48,596 nucleotides of DNA from positions 20,277 through 68,872 of the forward strand of contig CAYWAX010000001.1 of assembly GCA_964456425.1 (NCBI GenBank), in the 5' to 3' direction. This DNA comes from an uncultured Nitrospinaceae bacterium. Its GTDB lineage: Bacteria; UBA8248. Both the position numbers and the translations under genes were made by a program. The notes beneath the pieces are model-generated. The model was not told the DNA's origin and made no database searches. It worked only from the letters and a program-made list of their open reading frames with translations. Positions 37,668 to 47,609 of the stretch are shown one piece after another. The number at the start of each line of letters is the position of its first letter. Position 1 is the first letter of the stretch.

Positions 37668-39242
37668 ATGTTATCAATACCAAATTTATTGATCATTCTC
37701 TGCATTGTAATGGTCTTAAGTATTTTGATTATTTTTTTTCTAATCTCTAATTCGAAAAAAAATATCTCAAAAGTCCAAAGTGAGTTTGAAGATAAAATAA
37801 AGTTAAAGGAACAAAATGCAGACGAAAAATTGACGCAAAAAATGAAAGATTTAGAAATTAATTACAAAGGACAGATGTTCCAACTTAGAGAGAAACTAGT
37901 TAATGAAAACAAAGATAGATTTGATGAATTGCAAAAAATTGAAAGCCGTTTAACTCAACGAGAAGAAGTTCTAGACAAAAGACGTCAAAGTCTTGATTCA
38001 AAAGATTTTTCAATTGAGAAACGATTATCAGAGATGCAAGAGCGTGAAAAGAAAATAGAGGAAAACGAAAAACATTATGTTCAGTTAATAGAACAAGAAA
38101 ATATGAAACTAGAAAGAATTTCAGGTTTAACTGCTCAAGATGCAAAAAAAGAATTGATGGATAAATACGAGGAAGAAGCGAAAACAGATATACATGATCA
38201 AATCAAAAAATACGAAGAAAAAGTTAAGCAAAATTTAACAATGGAATCACAAAAATTGATTGCGGCTGCTGCGGAAAGGTACTCAAATGACTATGTCGCA
38301 GAAAGTTTAGTGAGTGTTGTATCAATTCCAAGTGAAGAGATGAAAGGTAGGATTATTGGTCGAGAAGGAAGGAATATCCGTGCACTTGAAATGGCAACAG
38401 GTGTAGATATTATAGTTGATGATACTCCTGAAGCTGTAGTTGTTTCTGCATTCGACAAGGTAAGAAGAGAAATAGCTAGATTATCTCTAGAATATCTGGT
38501 CGAAGATGGTCGAATTCATCCGGGTAGAATAGAAGAAGTGGTCAAAAAGACTACAAAAGAAATAGAAAATCTTATTTTACAAGCTGGAAAAGATGCAGTA
38601 GTTGAACTTTCAATTAAAGATGTTCATCCAGAATTAATAAAATATCTTGGACGGATGAAATATAGAACAAGTTATAGTCAAAATGCACTTGAGCACTCAA
38701 AGGAAGTTGCTCACTTAGCTGGAATTCTTGCGAATGAATTAGGTTTAGACCCTTATATGGCAAAAAGAGCTGGTCTTTTTCATGATATTGGAAAATCTGC
38801 AACACATGAGATAGAAGGATCTCATGTTGAAATTGGTTTTGATATGGCAAGAAGGTTTAAAGAACCACCTCAAGTACTGAATGCAATAATGTCTCATCAT
38901 GAGGATGAAGAACCTAATTGTATAGAGTCTGTTTTAGTGAAAGCTGCAGATACACTATCAGCGGCTAGGCCTGGAGCACGACGTGAGATTGCAGAAAGTT
39001 ATGTAAAAAGACTAGAGGCGTTAGAGGGGATAGCAAATTCTTTTAAAGGGGTAGAAAAGTGTTATGCCCTTCAGGCCGGACGTGAGATAAGAGTAAGCGT
39101 TTTGCCTGAAAGTGTTTCAGATTCACAGGCAGATTTTTTAGCTAGAGATATAGCAAAACGTATTGAGTCTGAACAAACATATCCTGGTGAGATAATAGTA
39201 ACAGTTATCCGAGAAACTCGTCATATGGCGACTGCACATTAA
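37668..39242 (+). CDS. rny: Ribonuclease Y (N-terminal TM helix, coiled coil, KH and HD domains)
   Basis: GRIIGREGRNIRALE KH motif, HSKEVAHLAG...GLFHDIGK HD motif. ATG 37668 sits 5 nt after AGGAGG; the track's GTG 37662 overlaps the RBS. Confidence 0.95.
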   Translation: MLSIPNLLIILCIVMVLSILIIFFLISNSKKNISKVQSEFEDKIKLKEQNADEKLTQKMKDLEINYKGQMFQLREKLVNENKDRFDELQKIESRLTQREEVLDKRRQSLDSKDFSIEKRLSEMQEREKKIEENEKHYVQLIEQENMKLERISGLTAQDAKKELMDKYEEEAKTDIHDQIKKYEEKVKQNLTMESQKLIAAAAERYSNDYVAESLVSVVSIPSEEMKGRIIGREGRNIRALEMATGVDIIVDDTPEAVVVSAFDKVRREIARLSLEYLVEDGRIHPGRIEEVVKKTTKEIENLILQAGKDAVVELSIKDVHPELIKYLGRMKYRTSYSQNALEHSKEVAHLAGILANELGLDPYMAKRAGLFHDIGKSATHEIEGSHVEIGFDMARRFKEPPQVLNAIMSHHEDEEPNCIESVLVKAADTLSAARPGARREIAESYVKRLEALEGIANSFKGVEKCYALQAGREIRVSVLPESVSDSQADFLARDIAKRIESEQTYPGEIIVTVIRETRHMATAH

Positions 39243-39243
39243 T

Positions 39244-40026
39244 ATGTCAATAAAAATATTATTTATTGGTGATATTACTGGAAAAGTTGGTAGAAAGATG
39301 GCTGTTGAGAGAGTTCCTCTTTTGAAAGAAGAGGGAAATGTGGATTTTTGCGTTATTAATGGAGAAAACTCAGCGGGTGGTTTTGGTATAAATTTACAGA
39401 ATGCTGACGATCTTTTTGAATGTGGCGCAGATGTGATAACTACGGGAAACCATGTTTGGGATAGAAAAGAAATTAAAGATCTTATGTTTACAGAATCAAG
39501 ATTGCTTCGACCCGCCAACTACCCAGAATCTAATCCTGGAAGCGGACTTTACATATCTTCCAGGAATACTCCTAAAATAGTCATTATTAATCTTATGGGA
39601 AGAGTGTTTATGCCTTCTGTAGATTGCCCTTTTAGAAAAGTTGATAAATTATTGACAAGTTTAAAAGATGAGGAATATATAATTTTTGTTGATTTCCATG
39701 GTGAGACTACTAGTGAAAAGGTTGCTATGGGATGGTACCTTGATGGTAAAGTTTCTGCAGTGGTAGGAACTCATACACATGTTCAAACGGCAGATAATAA
39801 AATTCTTCCCAAAGGAACTGCCTATATAACTGATGTAGGTATGACAGGTCCTTTCAATTCAGTTATAGGTATGGAAACATCGATTGTTCTTGAAAGATTT
39901 CTTATGGGAGTACCTAGAAGATTAGAGCCTGCTAAAGGAATTGGACAACTGAACGGTGTATTGATTGATATTGATCCTATAACTAGAAAAGCCGAATCTA
40001 TTCAAAGGATTTCAATAGTAGAATAA
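39244..40026 (+). CDS. ymdB: YmdB-type metallophosphoesterase (2',3'-cyclic-nucleotide phosphodiesterase, TIGR00282-like)
   Basis: ILFIGDITGKVGR...DFCVINGENSAGGFGI...TTGNHVWD...DFHGETTSEK...GTHTHVQTAD. rny-ymdB synteny as in Bacillus. Confidence 0.9.
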   Translation: MSIKILFIGDITGKVGRKMAVERVPLLKEEGNVDFCVINGENSAGGFGINLQNADDLFECGADVITTGNHVWDRKEIKDLMFTESRLLRPANYPESNPGSGLYISSRNTPKIVIINLMGRVFMPSVDCPFRKVDKLLTSLKDEEYIIFVDFHGETTSEKVAMGWYLDGKVSAVVGTHTHVQTADNKILPKGTAYITDVGMTGPFNSVIGMETSIVLERFLMGVPRRLEPAKGIGQLNGVLIDIDPITRKAESIQRISIVE

Positions 40027-40113
40027 AAAAAAGATAGAAATTCCAATATTTGATGAAATAAAAATAAAGTATTTTTGAAGTCTAATATCTTCTTTCTATA
40101 AGAAAATTTTAAA

Positions 40114-41646
40114 ATGAAAAATTCTTATAATCCTACAAGCGAATTTCAAAAAAAAATGCCTGGCGAATTTCCCTTTACTAGAGGAATTCGTCGAGATATG
40201 TATAGAGGTAGATTTTGGACAATGCGTCAATATGCTGGATTCGGATCTGCTTCTGAGAGTAATGAAAGGTATAAATATTTGTTGTCTAAGGGACAAATGG
40301 GGATTTCTGTTGCGTTCGACTTACCTACCCAAATTGGTTATGACGCAGATAATGATTTGTCTGTGGGAGAAGTTGGACGAGTAGGCGTTTCTATATCTTC
40401 AATTGATGACATGGATTTGTTGCTTAAAGATATTCCACTAAACAAAGTATCTATTTCAATGACTATAAATTCTACAGCTGCAATTTTATTATGTTTTTAT
40501 ATAGGGATAGCAGAAAAAAGAGGTTTTGATATTAGTAATTTAAGAGGCACAATCCAAAATGATGTACTTAAGGAATATATCGCAAGAGGAACTTATATAT
40601 ATCCTCTGGAGAATAGTCTCAGACTCATATCGAATACTATATCTTATTGTAGTAAAAAAATGCCTAAATGGAATCCGATTTCAATTAGTGGATATCATAT
40701 TCGTGAGGCAGGTTCTACTGCAGTACAGGAAATCGCATTTACACTGTCGAATGCGATAGCTTATGTTCAATCTTCTCTTGATGCCGGGATGAATCCTGAT
40801 GTTATAGGCAAACAGATTTCATTTTTTATGAATGTACATAATAATTTTTTAGAAGAAATTGCAAAATTTAGAGCTTCAAGGACTCTTTGGTCTAAAATAA
40901 TGAGAGAAAGATTTGGTAGTAAAAATGATGAGTCTTGTAAATTTCGTTTTCATGCACAGACTGCAGGAAGTTCTCTGGTTGCACAGCAACCTAAAAATAA
41001 TATAATTCGAACTTCATACCAGGCTTTGGCGGCTGTTTTAGGTGGGACACAGTCTTTACATACAAATTCTTGGGATGAAGCTCTCTCTCTTCCTACCGAA
41101 GAAACTGCAAGCCTGGCACTAAGGACTCAGCAGATAGTTGCAGAGGAAACAAATGTTTCCTCTACAGTTGATCCTTGTGGTGGTTCTCACGTTCTTGAAA
41201 AAATGACTTTAGAATTAGAGAAGAGTGCGTTAGCTTTGATTGAAAAAATAGATTCAATGGGAGGAATAGTTGCCTCTATTCAAAATGGTTGGGTACAAAG
41301 AGAAATCCAAGAAAGTGCATTTAAATTTCAGCAAGAAATTGATGATGGAATTAAAAAGATTGTTGGTCTTAATTGCTTTAACGAAAATCATGATTTAGAT
41401 GTTCCATTGACAAAGATTAATCCAGATATCGAAAAAGAGCAATGCGAAAGATTAGAGACTCTAAGAAAAACAAGAAATGAAACAAAAGTAAAAAATTCTT
41501 TAAAATCACTTTCTGATTCGGCTAAAAATGACAGTAATTTAATGCCTTATATTTTGAATGCTGCAAAGTCTCATGCTACTTTGGGTGAAATATCTGATGA
41601 ACTTAGAAATGTTTTTGGTCTATATAAAGAACAGGTAGTTGTTTAA
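40114..41646 (+). CDS. Methylmalonyl-CoA mutase-family catalytic (substrate-binding TIM barrel) subunit, no B12-binding domain
   Basis: 510 aa. PGEFPFTRGI, FWTMRQYAGFGSA, SVAFDLPTQ, GTIQNDVLKEYIARGTYIYP. It retains the Tyr (RQYAG) and Arg (ARGTY) that I recall distinguishing MCM from isobutyryl-CoA mutase. Confidence 0.85.
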   Translation: MKNSYNPTSEFQKKMPGEFPFTRGIRRDMYRGRFWTMRQYAGFGSASESNERYKYLLSKGQMGISVAFDLPTQIGYDADNDLSVGEVGRVGVSISSIDDMDLLLKDIPLNKVSISMTINSTAAILLCFYIGIAEKRGFDISNLRGTIQNDVLKEYIARGTYIYPLENSLRLISNTISYCSKKMPKWNPISISGYHIREAGSTAVQEIAFTLSNAIAYVQSSLDAGMNPDVIGKQISFFMNVHNNFLEEIAKFRASRTLWSKIMRERFGSKNDESCKFRFHAQTAGSSLVAQQPKNNIIRTSYQALAAVLGGTQSLHTNSWDEALSLPTEETASLALRTQQIVAEETNVSSTVDPCGGSHVLEKMTLELEKSALALIEKIDSMGGIVASIQNGWVQREIQESAFKFQQEIDDGIKKIVGLNCFNENHDLDVPLTKINPDIEKEQCERLETLRKTRNETKVKNSLKSLSDSAKNDSNLMPYILNAAKSHATLGEISDELRNVFGLYKEQVVV

Positions 41647-41678
41647 GATAGTCTTTTTTTTTGACAGGTGAGAATGTG

Positions 41679-44324
41679 ATGACAGGAAATCAAATACGAA
41701 CTGCTTTTTTAGATTTTTTCTCGAATAAAAATCACAAATTGACGAGAAGTTCTTCTCTTATACCTTTAAGTGACCCGACTTTATTATTTACAAATGCTGG
41801 TATGGTTCAATTTAAAGATGTTTTTACCGGATTAGATAAAAGGAACTACAAAAGAGCTGCTTCATCTCAAAAATGTCTCCGTGTTAGTGGAAAACATAAT
41901 GATTTAGAAAATGTAGGTAGGACTGCACGCCACCATACTTTTTTCGAGATGTTAGGGAATTTTTCTTTTGGAGATTATTTTAAGGAATCAGCTATCGAAT
42001 TCGCTTGGGATTTTTTAGTAAATGAAATTGGTCTCGATAGTGATAAAATTTGGGCAACTGTTTTTTTAGAAGATGATGAGGCTGAAGAAATCTGGTCTAA
42101 AAGAATAGGAATCCCATCTAATCGTATTGTGAGGATGGATGAAAAAGATAATTTCTGGTCAATGGGAGATACAGGACCTTGTGGACCTTGTTCAGAGTTG
42201 ATTTATGATCAAGGGACAGAATTAAATGGGTCTCCTCCTGGAGTAGATAATGATGACGGTGATAGATTCTTGGAATTATGGAATCTAGTTTTTATGCAAT
42301 ATGACAGAGATATCAAAGGAAATTTGAATTTACTTCCAAAGCCTTCAGTTGATACTGGTATGGGGTTGGAGCGTCTTGTTTCTGTCGTTCAGGGAAAAAA
42401 GAGTAATTTTCATACGGATTTATTGATGCCAGTCATAAAGTTTTGTGAAGAAAAAACGGGTATAAATTACGAAGGAAGTGAAAATGATAGAGATGTATCT
42501 TTTAGGGTCATTGCTGATCATAGTAGAGCTATAAGTTTTTTAATTAGTGACGGTATATTACCTAGCAATGAAGGTAGAGGTTATGTGTTGAGGAAAATAG
42601 CTCGTCGTGCGATGAGACACGCTAGAGTTCTTGGTATTACAGAACCTTTCCTATCTGAAACTGCTTATGTTTTATCTGAAAATATGGGGACTGCTTATCC
42701 AGAGTTACAAGATAATTTAAACTTTATATCTAAAATTTCTACAGTTGAAGAAGAAAGATTTTCTAAAACCTTGTCGCAGGGACAACCAAGGATGGATGAA
42801 TTATGTGAAAAAGCGAAAGCATCTGAAGATAAGATTATTTCTGGAGAGGATGTATTTACTCTTCTTGATACCTATGGATATCCGTTGGATCTGGCTATTG
42901 AAACATCTTTATCGGAAGGTTTAAAAATAGATCATGAGTCATTTGATAAAGCTATGAATAACCAACGTGAGAGAGCCCGTTCTTTTTGGAAAGGTTCAGG
43001 AGAGCTTGCAGTAGAAGAAATATGGAAAAAATTAGAGAGTACTTTTGGTAGTATATGTTTTGAAGGATACTCAAAACTTTCTGTTTCATCTCAAGTGATT
43101 ACAATAGTTAAAGATAATGTGGAGATAGAAAAAGCGGAAAGTGGTTCAGAAGTTGATATTTTAATAGATCCCAGTCCATTTTATGCCGAATCAGGAGGAC
43201 AGGAAGGTGACCAGGGATATATAGAGTGGGATTCCGGTTCAGCTATAGTTTTAGATACAAAAAAACCGTCTAGAAACCTAAATGTTACTAGAATCCGTAT
43301 AGAAGATGGAGAGTTGTCACCGTCACAAAAGATTATGACAAAGGTAGATAATCTCAGAAGAACCAAATTATCTGCGAATCATACTGCTACTCATCTATTA
43401 CATTATGCTTTAAGGGAAGTATTGGGAGATCATGTTAAACAAGCAGGCTCTCATTTGTTTCCTGATAGACTACGTTTTGATTTCACTCATTTTGCTTCTC
43501 TTTCGGATCATGAGAGGGAACAAGTTGAGGATATAGTAAATAGTTATGTAATGAATAATAAAGAGGTTTCTACACGTGAAATGTCTTTAGATAATGCTCT
43601 TTCTATTGGAGCTACTGCTTTATTTGGAGAAAGATATAGTGAGAATGTTAGGGTTGTTTCGATAGGAGATTTCAGTACAGAATTATGCGGAGGGACCCAT
43701 GTTAAATCGACTGGCCAAATTGGTTTTTTTAGGATCACGCAAGAGAGTAGTGTTGCTTCTGGAGTCAGGAGAATTGAAGCAATAGTAGGAGAAGATGCTT
43801 TTTCAAATGTAAGGAATGAACAAAAAAAATTGAATAAAATTCGACAGATTTTAAAATCTGCTCCAGATGAGGAAGTGAAAAAAATAGAAGAATTATTAGA
43901 AAGTTTTAAAAATCTTGAAAAAGAAATTAGTTCTGTTCGAACCAAAGAATCAACCTCCGAATTAGAGAGCCAAATTAAAGATGTTCAGGAAATTGATGGA
44001 ATTCGCTTTGTCGCAGTTCGTCATGATGGAGTAGATTCCAAAGAACTTAGGAGTATGATCGATTTTTCGAAATCAAAGATTGAAAGTGGAGTTGTCATTA
44101 TAATTTCAGTTTTTGAAGAAAAAATTTCTATTGCTGTTGGAGTCACGAAAGATATTTTGAATCGTATACATGCAGGAAAATTAGTTGGGAAAATTGCATC
44201 TAGTCTTGGGGGGAAGGGTGGGGGTCGTCCTGATTTTGCCCAAGCAGGTGGTGGCAAAGAAATCAATAAAATTGATCAGATTCTTTCAAGTATTCCATTA
44301 TTTATTAAAAGCAATTCTGAATAA
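41679..44324 (+). CDS. alaS: Alanine--tRNA ligase
   Basis: IRTAFLDFF, FTNAGMVQFK, RHHTFFEMLGNFSFGDYFK, editing-domain HTATHLLH...CGGTHV, C-terminal DHHA1 with GGGRPDFAQAGG. Confidence 0.95.
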   Translation: MTGNQIRTAFLDFFSNKNHKLTRSSSLIPLSDPTLLFTNAGMVQFKDVFTGLDKRNYKRAASSQKCLRVSGKHNDLENVGRTARHHTFFEMLGNFSFGDYFKESAIEFAWDFLVNEIGLDSDKIWATVFLEDDEAEEIWSKRIGIPSNRIVRMDEKDNFWSMGDTGPCGPCSELIYDQGTELNGSPPGVDNDDGDRFLELWNLVFMQYDRDIKGNLNLLPKPSVDTGMGLERLVSVVQGKKSNFHTDLLMPVIKFCEEKTGINYEGSENDRDVSFRVIADHSRAISFLISDGILPSNEGRGYVLRKIARRAMRHARVLGITEPFLSETAYVLSENMGTAYPELQDNLNFISKISTVEEERFSKTLSQGQPRMDELCEKAKASEDKIISGEDVFTLLDTYGYPLDLAIETSLSEGLKIDHESFDKAMNNQRERARSFWKGSGELAVEEIWKKLESTFGSICFEGYSKLSVSSQVITIVKDNVEIEKAESGSEVDILIDPSPFYAESGGQEGDQGYIEWDSGSAIVLDTKKPSRNLNVTRIRIEDGELSPSQKIMTKVDNLRRTKLSANHTATHLLHYALREVLGDHVKQAGSHLFPDRLRFDFTHFASLSDHEREQVEDIVNSYVMNNKEVSTREMSLDNALSIGATALFGERYSENVRVVSIGDFSTELCGGTHVKSTGQIGFFRITQESSVASGVRRIEAIVGEDAFSNVRNEQKKLNKIRQILKSAPDEEVKKIEELLESFKNLEKEISSVRTKESTSELESQIKDVQEIDGIRFVAVRHDGVDSKELRSMIDFSKSKIESGVVIIISVFEEKISIAVGVTKDILNRIHAGKLVGKIASSLGGKGGGRPDFAQAGGGKEINKIDQILSSIPLFIKSNSE

Positions 44325-44333
44325 GAGGTACTT

Positions 44334-45527
44334 TTGCAATCTGATAATCCTTCGAGTATAAAAACTAAAACAGCTTTTCATCGAAAGAAATTATCCTATC
44401 TTGTTGTTGCACACATAGCTAATGATAGTTGTTTTGGATTTTTGTCACCTATTATTCCGATCTTAAAAGAGATGCTTAATATTCCTCTTTCTTTTGTTGG
44501 ATTTCTTGGTCCAACACTTGCTGCTACAGGCGCCCTTGGCCAACCTATCTTTGGAATGATTGCAGATAGATTTCAAAAAAATTGGTTGCTTGCACTAGGT
44601 CCTATTCTAGGAGGATTAATTTCTTTCGCTACTACCGTGAATAGTATCCCTGTTCTATTTATATTACTTTTTATTGCCGGTTTAGGTTCTGCTTGTTTTC
44701 ATCCAATAGCCTCAGTAAGAGCAGTTCAATTTTCTGGAAATAGGAAAGGATTAGGAGTTTCAATATACATTGCAGGTGGAAGGTTGGGAGTAAGTCTTGG
44801 CGCAGCTATGGCTACCTTTGTAGTAACATGGTTTGGTGTTGAAGGGCTACCTTATACTTGTCTTGTTGTTTTTTTTATTGGATTTTTATTGTTTTTTTTG
44901 AATTTAGATTCGGAACAAAAGGTCCAGGAAAAATCACCTAAAAAAAATCCTATAGATATTAGATCTTTAGGATTAGTCTTTCGTTCTCTAATGGGACTTT
45001 GGTTCGTTAATTATTTTCGTACAGTAGTTACTATGTCTATTTCTTTTTACCTTTCTATTTACCTTATAGAAAAGGGGAATTCTTTTGCAGATGGCGGTTT
45101 TTCTATATCCTTTTTTTTATTTGCAGCTGCTATTGGTGGGATTTTTGGCGGATACCTTTCGGATCTTTTTGGTAGAAGGTCGGTGATAATTTTTTCCTTA
45201 TTAATTGGAACTCCTTGTATAGGTATATCACTATATTCTAATGATATTTTTTTTCGTTTACTTTTTTTAATTTTGGCAGGAGCTGCTTTTTACTCTCAGA
45301 TGGGAGTTTCTGTTACTTATGCGCAGGAAATAATACCTGAACATGCAGCCTTAGCAAGTAGCTTTATGTTAGGAGTGGTTTGGTTTTGCTCAAGTTTGAC
45401 AATGCCTTTAATCGGTGTAATTGCAGACCATTTTGGAATACTGATAGTTATGCCTGTTACCTGTTTAATCTTTGGTACGCTTGGACTTCTTTTGGCTTTA
45501 AGGTTACCAAAATTAGAAAACTTTTAA
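44334..45527 (+). CDS. MFS transporter
   Basis: 397 aa, about 12 TM spans. GMIADRFQKN (MFS loop 2-3 motif) and GYLSDLFGRR in the second half. TTG start after an AGAGG RBS. Confidence 0.8.
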   Translation: MQSDNPSSIKTKTAFHRKKLSYLVVAHIANDSCFGFLSPIIPILKEMLNIPLSFVGFLGPTLAATGALGQPIFGMIADRFQKNWLLALGPILGGLISFATTVNSIPVLFILLFIAGLGSACFHPIASVRAVQFSGNRKGLGVSIYIAGGRLGVSLGAAMATFVVTWFGVEGLPYTCLVVFFIGFLLFFLNLDSEQKVQEKSPKKNPIDIRSLGLVFRSLMGLWFVNYFRTVVTMSISFYLSIYLIEKGNSFADGGFSISFFLFAAAIGGIFGGYLSDLFGRRSVIIFSLLIGTPCIGISLYSNDIFFRLLFLILAGAAFYSQMGVSVTYAQEIIPEHAALASSFMLGVVWFCSSLTMPLIGVIADHFGILIVMPVTCLIFGTLGLLLALRLPKLENF

Positions 45528-45528
45528 T

Positions 45529-46125
45529 TTAATTTTCAAATTGTTTTGCCCGCATTTTATCTAGTAGGTCGGAGAAAGATGATCTGTTAAGTATTGATTT
45601 AAATTGGTCTCTATAAGTTTTTATGAGACTGACTCCTTCAATTACTACATCATATACTAACCAGCTCTCTTTTTTTTTATGCATTTTATAATAAACTCTT
45701 ATAGGTTGTTCTTTTGTGACTACTAAAGTTTTTACTTTTGCATAGTTCCCGTCGATTGATTCCTTTGTATATTGAACTGTTTGGCCATTGTATCGCTCTA
45801 TTTTTGATATATATGTTGATTCCAAAAGATATTTAAATGAATAGAGGAAATCTTTTTTTTCTTGGCTAGTTCTTTTATGCCAGGCTCTTGAAAGAGCTCT
45901 TTTAGCCATTTCATTGAAATCAAATCGTTGTTCAAAAACTGATCTTAATTTATTTCTTCTTAATAAGGATTTATCTGGGCCTTTGAAAGAAGGTTCATCT
46001 AAGACATACTTTAATTCATTGATACTATCTCTGATTTGAGTTTGTGGCTGGCCGGAAAAGACAGAGCTAGAAATACAAAAAAACAGAATAATACTCACTA
46101 TTGAGATTAAAGAAAAAGATCTCAT
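45529..46125 (-). CDS. mlaC: MlaC/Ttg2D-family periplasmic phospholipid-binding protein
   Basis: 198 aa, signal peptide, FDFNEMAKRALSRAW...Y..F..LLESTY pattern. Downstream of mlaD. Confidence 0.75.
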   Translation of the reverse strand: MRSFSLISIVSIILFFCISSSVFSGQPQTQIRDSINELKYVLDEPSFKGPDKSLLRRNKLRSVFEQRFDFNEMAKRALSRAWHKRTSQEKKDFLYSFKYLLESTYISKIERYNGQTVQYTKESIDGNYAKVKTLVVTKEQPIRVYYKMHKKKESWLVYDVVIEGVSLIKTYRDQFKSILNRSSFSDLLDKMRAKQFEN

Positions 46126-46186
46126 TGCTGTCCTTTAATTTTCATAAAAGAAATATGTAAAGAAAAAATCTAGCTCATTATATAAG

Positions 46187-46630
46187 TTATTTGACTTTTC
46201 CAAAAATGAATTTTCCAATTAGTTTTTCGAAATCAAGAGGAGGTTCAGTTTCTCTAATTATTCCTCCTGCATTGATTTTTTTTTCTGCTCCGCCCTGACT
46301 AATACTTAAATATTTAGCTCCTAAAATTCCTTTTGTCCTTATGGATGCTATTGCATCTTCAGAAAGTTTAATAGATTTTTTTAACTGTAAGGTTACTACA
46401 GCTTCTTCGTCTTTAAGTTCTATTTTTGAAATTTTGCCGATAGGGACTCCAGACATTTCTACTGAAGCTCCATTTCTTAGGCCAGAAACACTTTCAAACT
46501 TTGCTTTGACTACGTAGGTGTCTGAAACAAAAAAATCTATTTCTCCAAGATGTACCGAGAGGTATACCAAGGATGCTATCCCAATCATAAAAAACACCCC
46601 GACAGACAAATCGATTTTACGTCGTTTCAA
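46187..46630 (-). CDS. mlaD: MlaD (MCE-domain) outer membrane lipid asymmetry protein
   Basis: 147 aa. N-terminal TM anchor then MCE domain: F.SVSGLRNGASVEMSGVPIGKISKIEL. Confidence 0.8.
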   Translation of the reverse strand: MKRRKIDLSVGVFFMIGIASLVYLSVHLGEIDFFVSDTYVVKAKFESVSGLRNGASVEMSGVPIGKISKIELKDEEAVVTLQLKKSIKLSEDAIASIRTKGILGAKYLSISQGGAEKKINAGGIIRETEPPLDFEKLIGKFIFGKVK

Positions 46631-46649
46631 TTTAAATCTCCTTGACTGA

Positions 46650-47429
46650 TTAACGGAAAAACATTGATGTTAAAAAATAATCGCTTATCAAAATAATAAC
46701 AGACGACATAACGACTGCTGAAGTTGTGGCCTTACTTACTCCTTCTGCTCCATGACCACAGTTATAACCTTTATATGTACAAATCCATACTACTAATAGA
46801 CCAAATGCTAGTGATTTCCAAAATCCACCCATTAGGTCACTCATTTCAACTTTAGATGACATTTCTCCAAAATAAACTCCTGAATTTAATCCAAGTAATT
46901 TTACCCCAACTAAATATCCACCAAAAATTCCAATTAAATTAAACATTGCAGTAAGTAGAGGAAATACTAAGATTCCAGAAAGAATTCTTGGCAAAACTAG
47001 TTGTTTAAGCGGTTCAACGGCCATACTTTTTAAAGCATCAATTTGTTCTGTAATCACCATTATTCCAATTTCAGCCGTCATAGCTGAACCAGCTCTTCCT
47101 GTTACAACTAGAGCAGTTAAAACCGGACCTAACTCCCTTATAAGACTTAAGGCAACTGCGGGACCTAATAGACTTTCAGAACCAAATTTTTGAAGTGTAT
47201 AAAATCCCTGAAGCGCTAAAACCATACCAGTAAATAGTCCTGTTAAGATAACAATTAGTACTGAGCCGAAACCAATGTCATAAATTTGTTTTATAAAAAG
47301 TTTAAGTTTAAATTTTGAGCGGAAAAGAAATGAAAAGACGGAAAAAAGAAAAATTACTGAGTTGCCAGTTTTTTCAATGATAAGAATAGATTTTCTGCCG
47401 AATCTTTCTATTAGATGAATTAATTGCAA
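46650..47429 (-). CDS. mlaE: MlaE-family ABC transporter permease
   Basis: 259 aa. REL(G)PVLTALVVTGRAGSAMTAEIG.M..TEQIDAL is the MlaE/YrbE signature. Confidence 0.85.
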   Translation of the reverse strand: MQLIHLIERFGRKSILIIEKTGNSVIFLFSVFSFLFRSKFKLKLFIKQIYDIGFGSVLIVILTGLFTGMVLALQGFYTLQKFGSESLLGPAVALSLIRELGPVLTALVVTGRAGSAMTAEIGIMVITEQIDALKSMAVEPLKQLVLPRILSGILVFPLLTAMFNLIGIFGGYLVGVKLLGLNSGVYFGEMSSKVEMSDLMGGFWKSLAFGLLVVWICTYKGYNCGHGAEGVSKATTSAVVMSSVIILISDYFLTSMFFR

Positions 47430-47475
47430 ATTTATTTTTAATCCTATTTTAGTTTTAAACCAGATTTAGTAAAAA

Positions 47476-47497
47476 CTTAGATATTTAAATATCTAAG
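47476..47497. repeat. Perfect 22-bp palindrome CTTAGATATTTAAATATCTAAG in the divergent mlaE / membrane-protein spacer
   Basis: Read directly. A second perfect 14-bp palindrome, ATACACTAGTGTAT, lies at 47525-47538. Confidence 0.5.
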
Positions 47498-47609
47498 AAA
47501 ATAAAAATGAGGCTGAAAAAAAACATACACTAGTGTATCTTTGTAATACGTTTTAGAGCAACTTTATAAATCTTCATTGTGGTTTTTTGAAAGAGTTAGA
47601 AAGGTGTAT

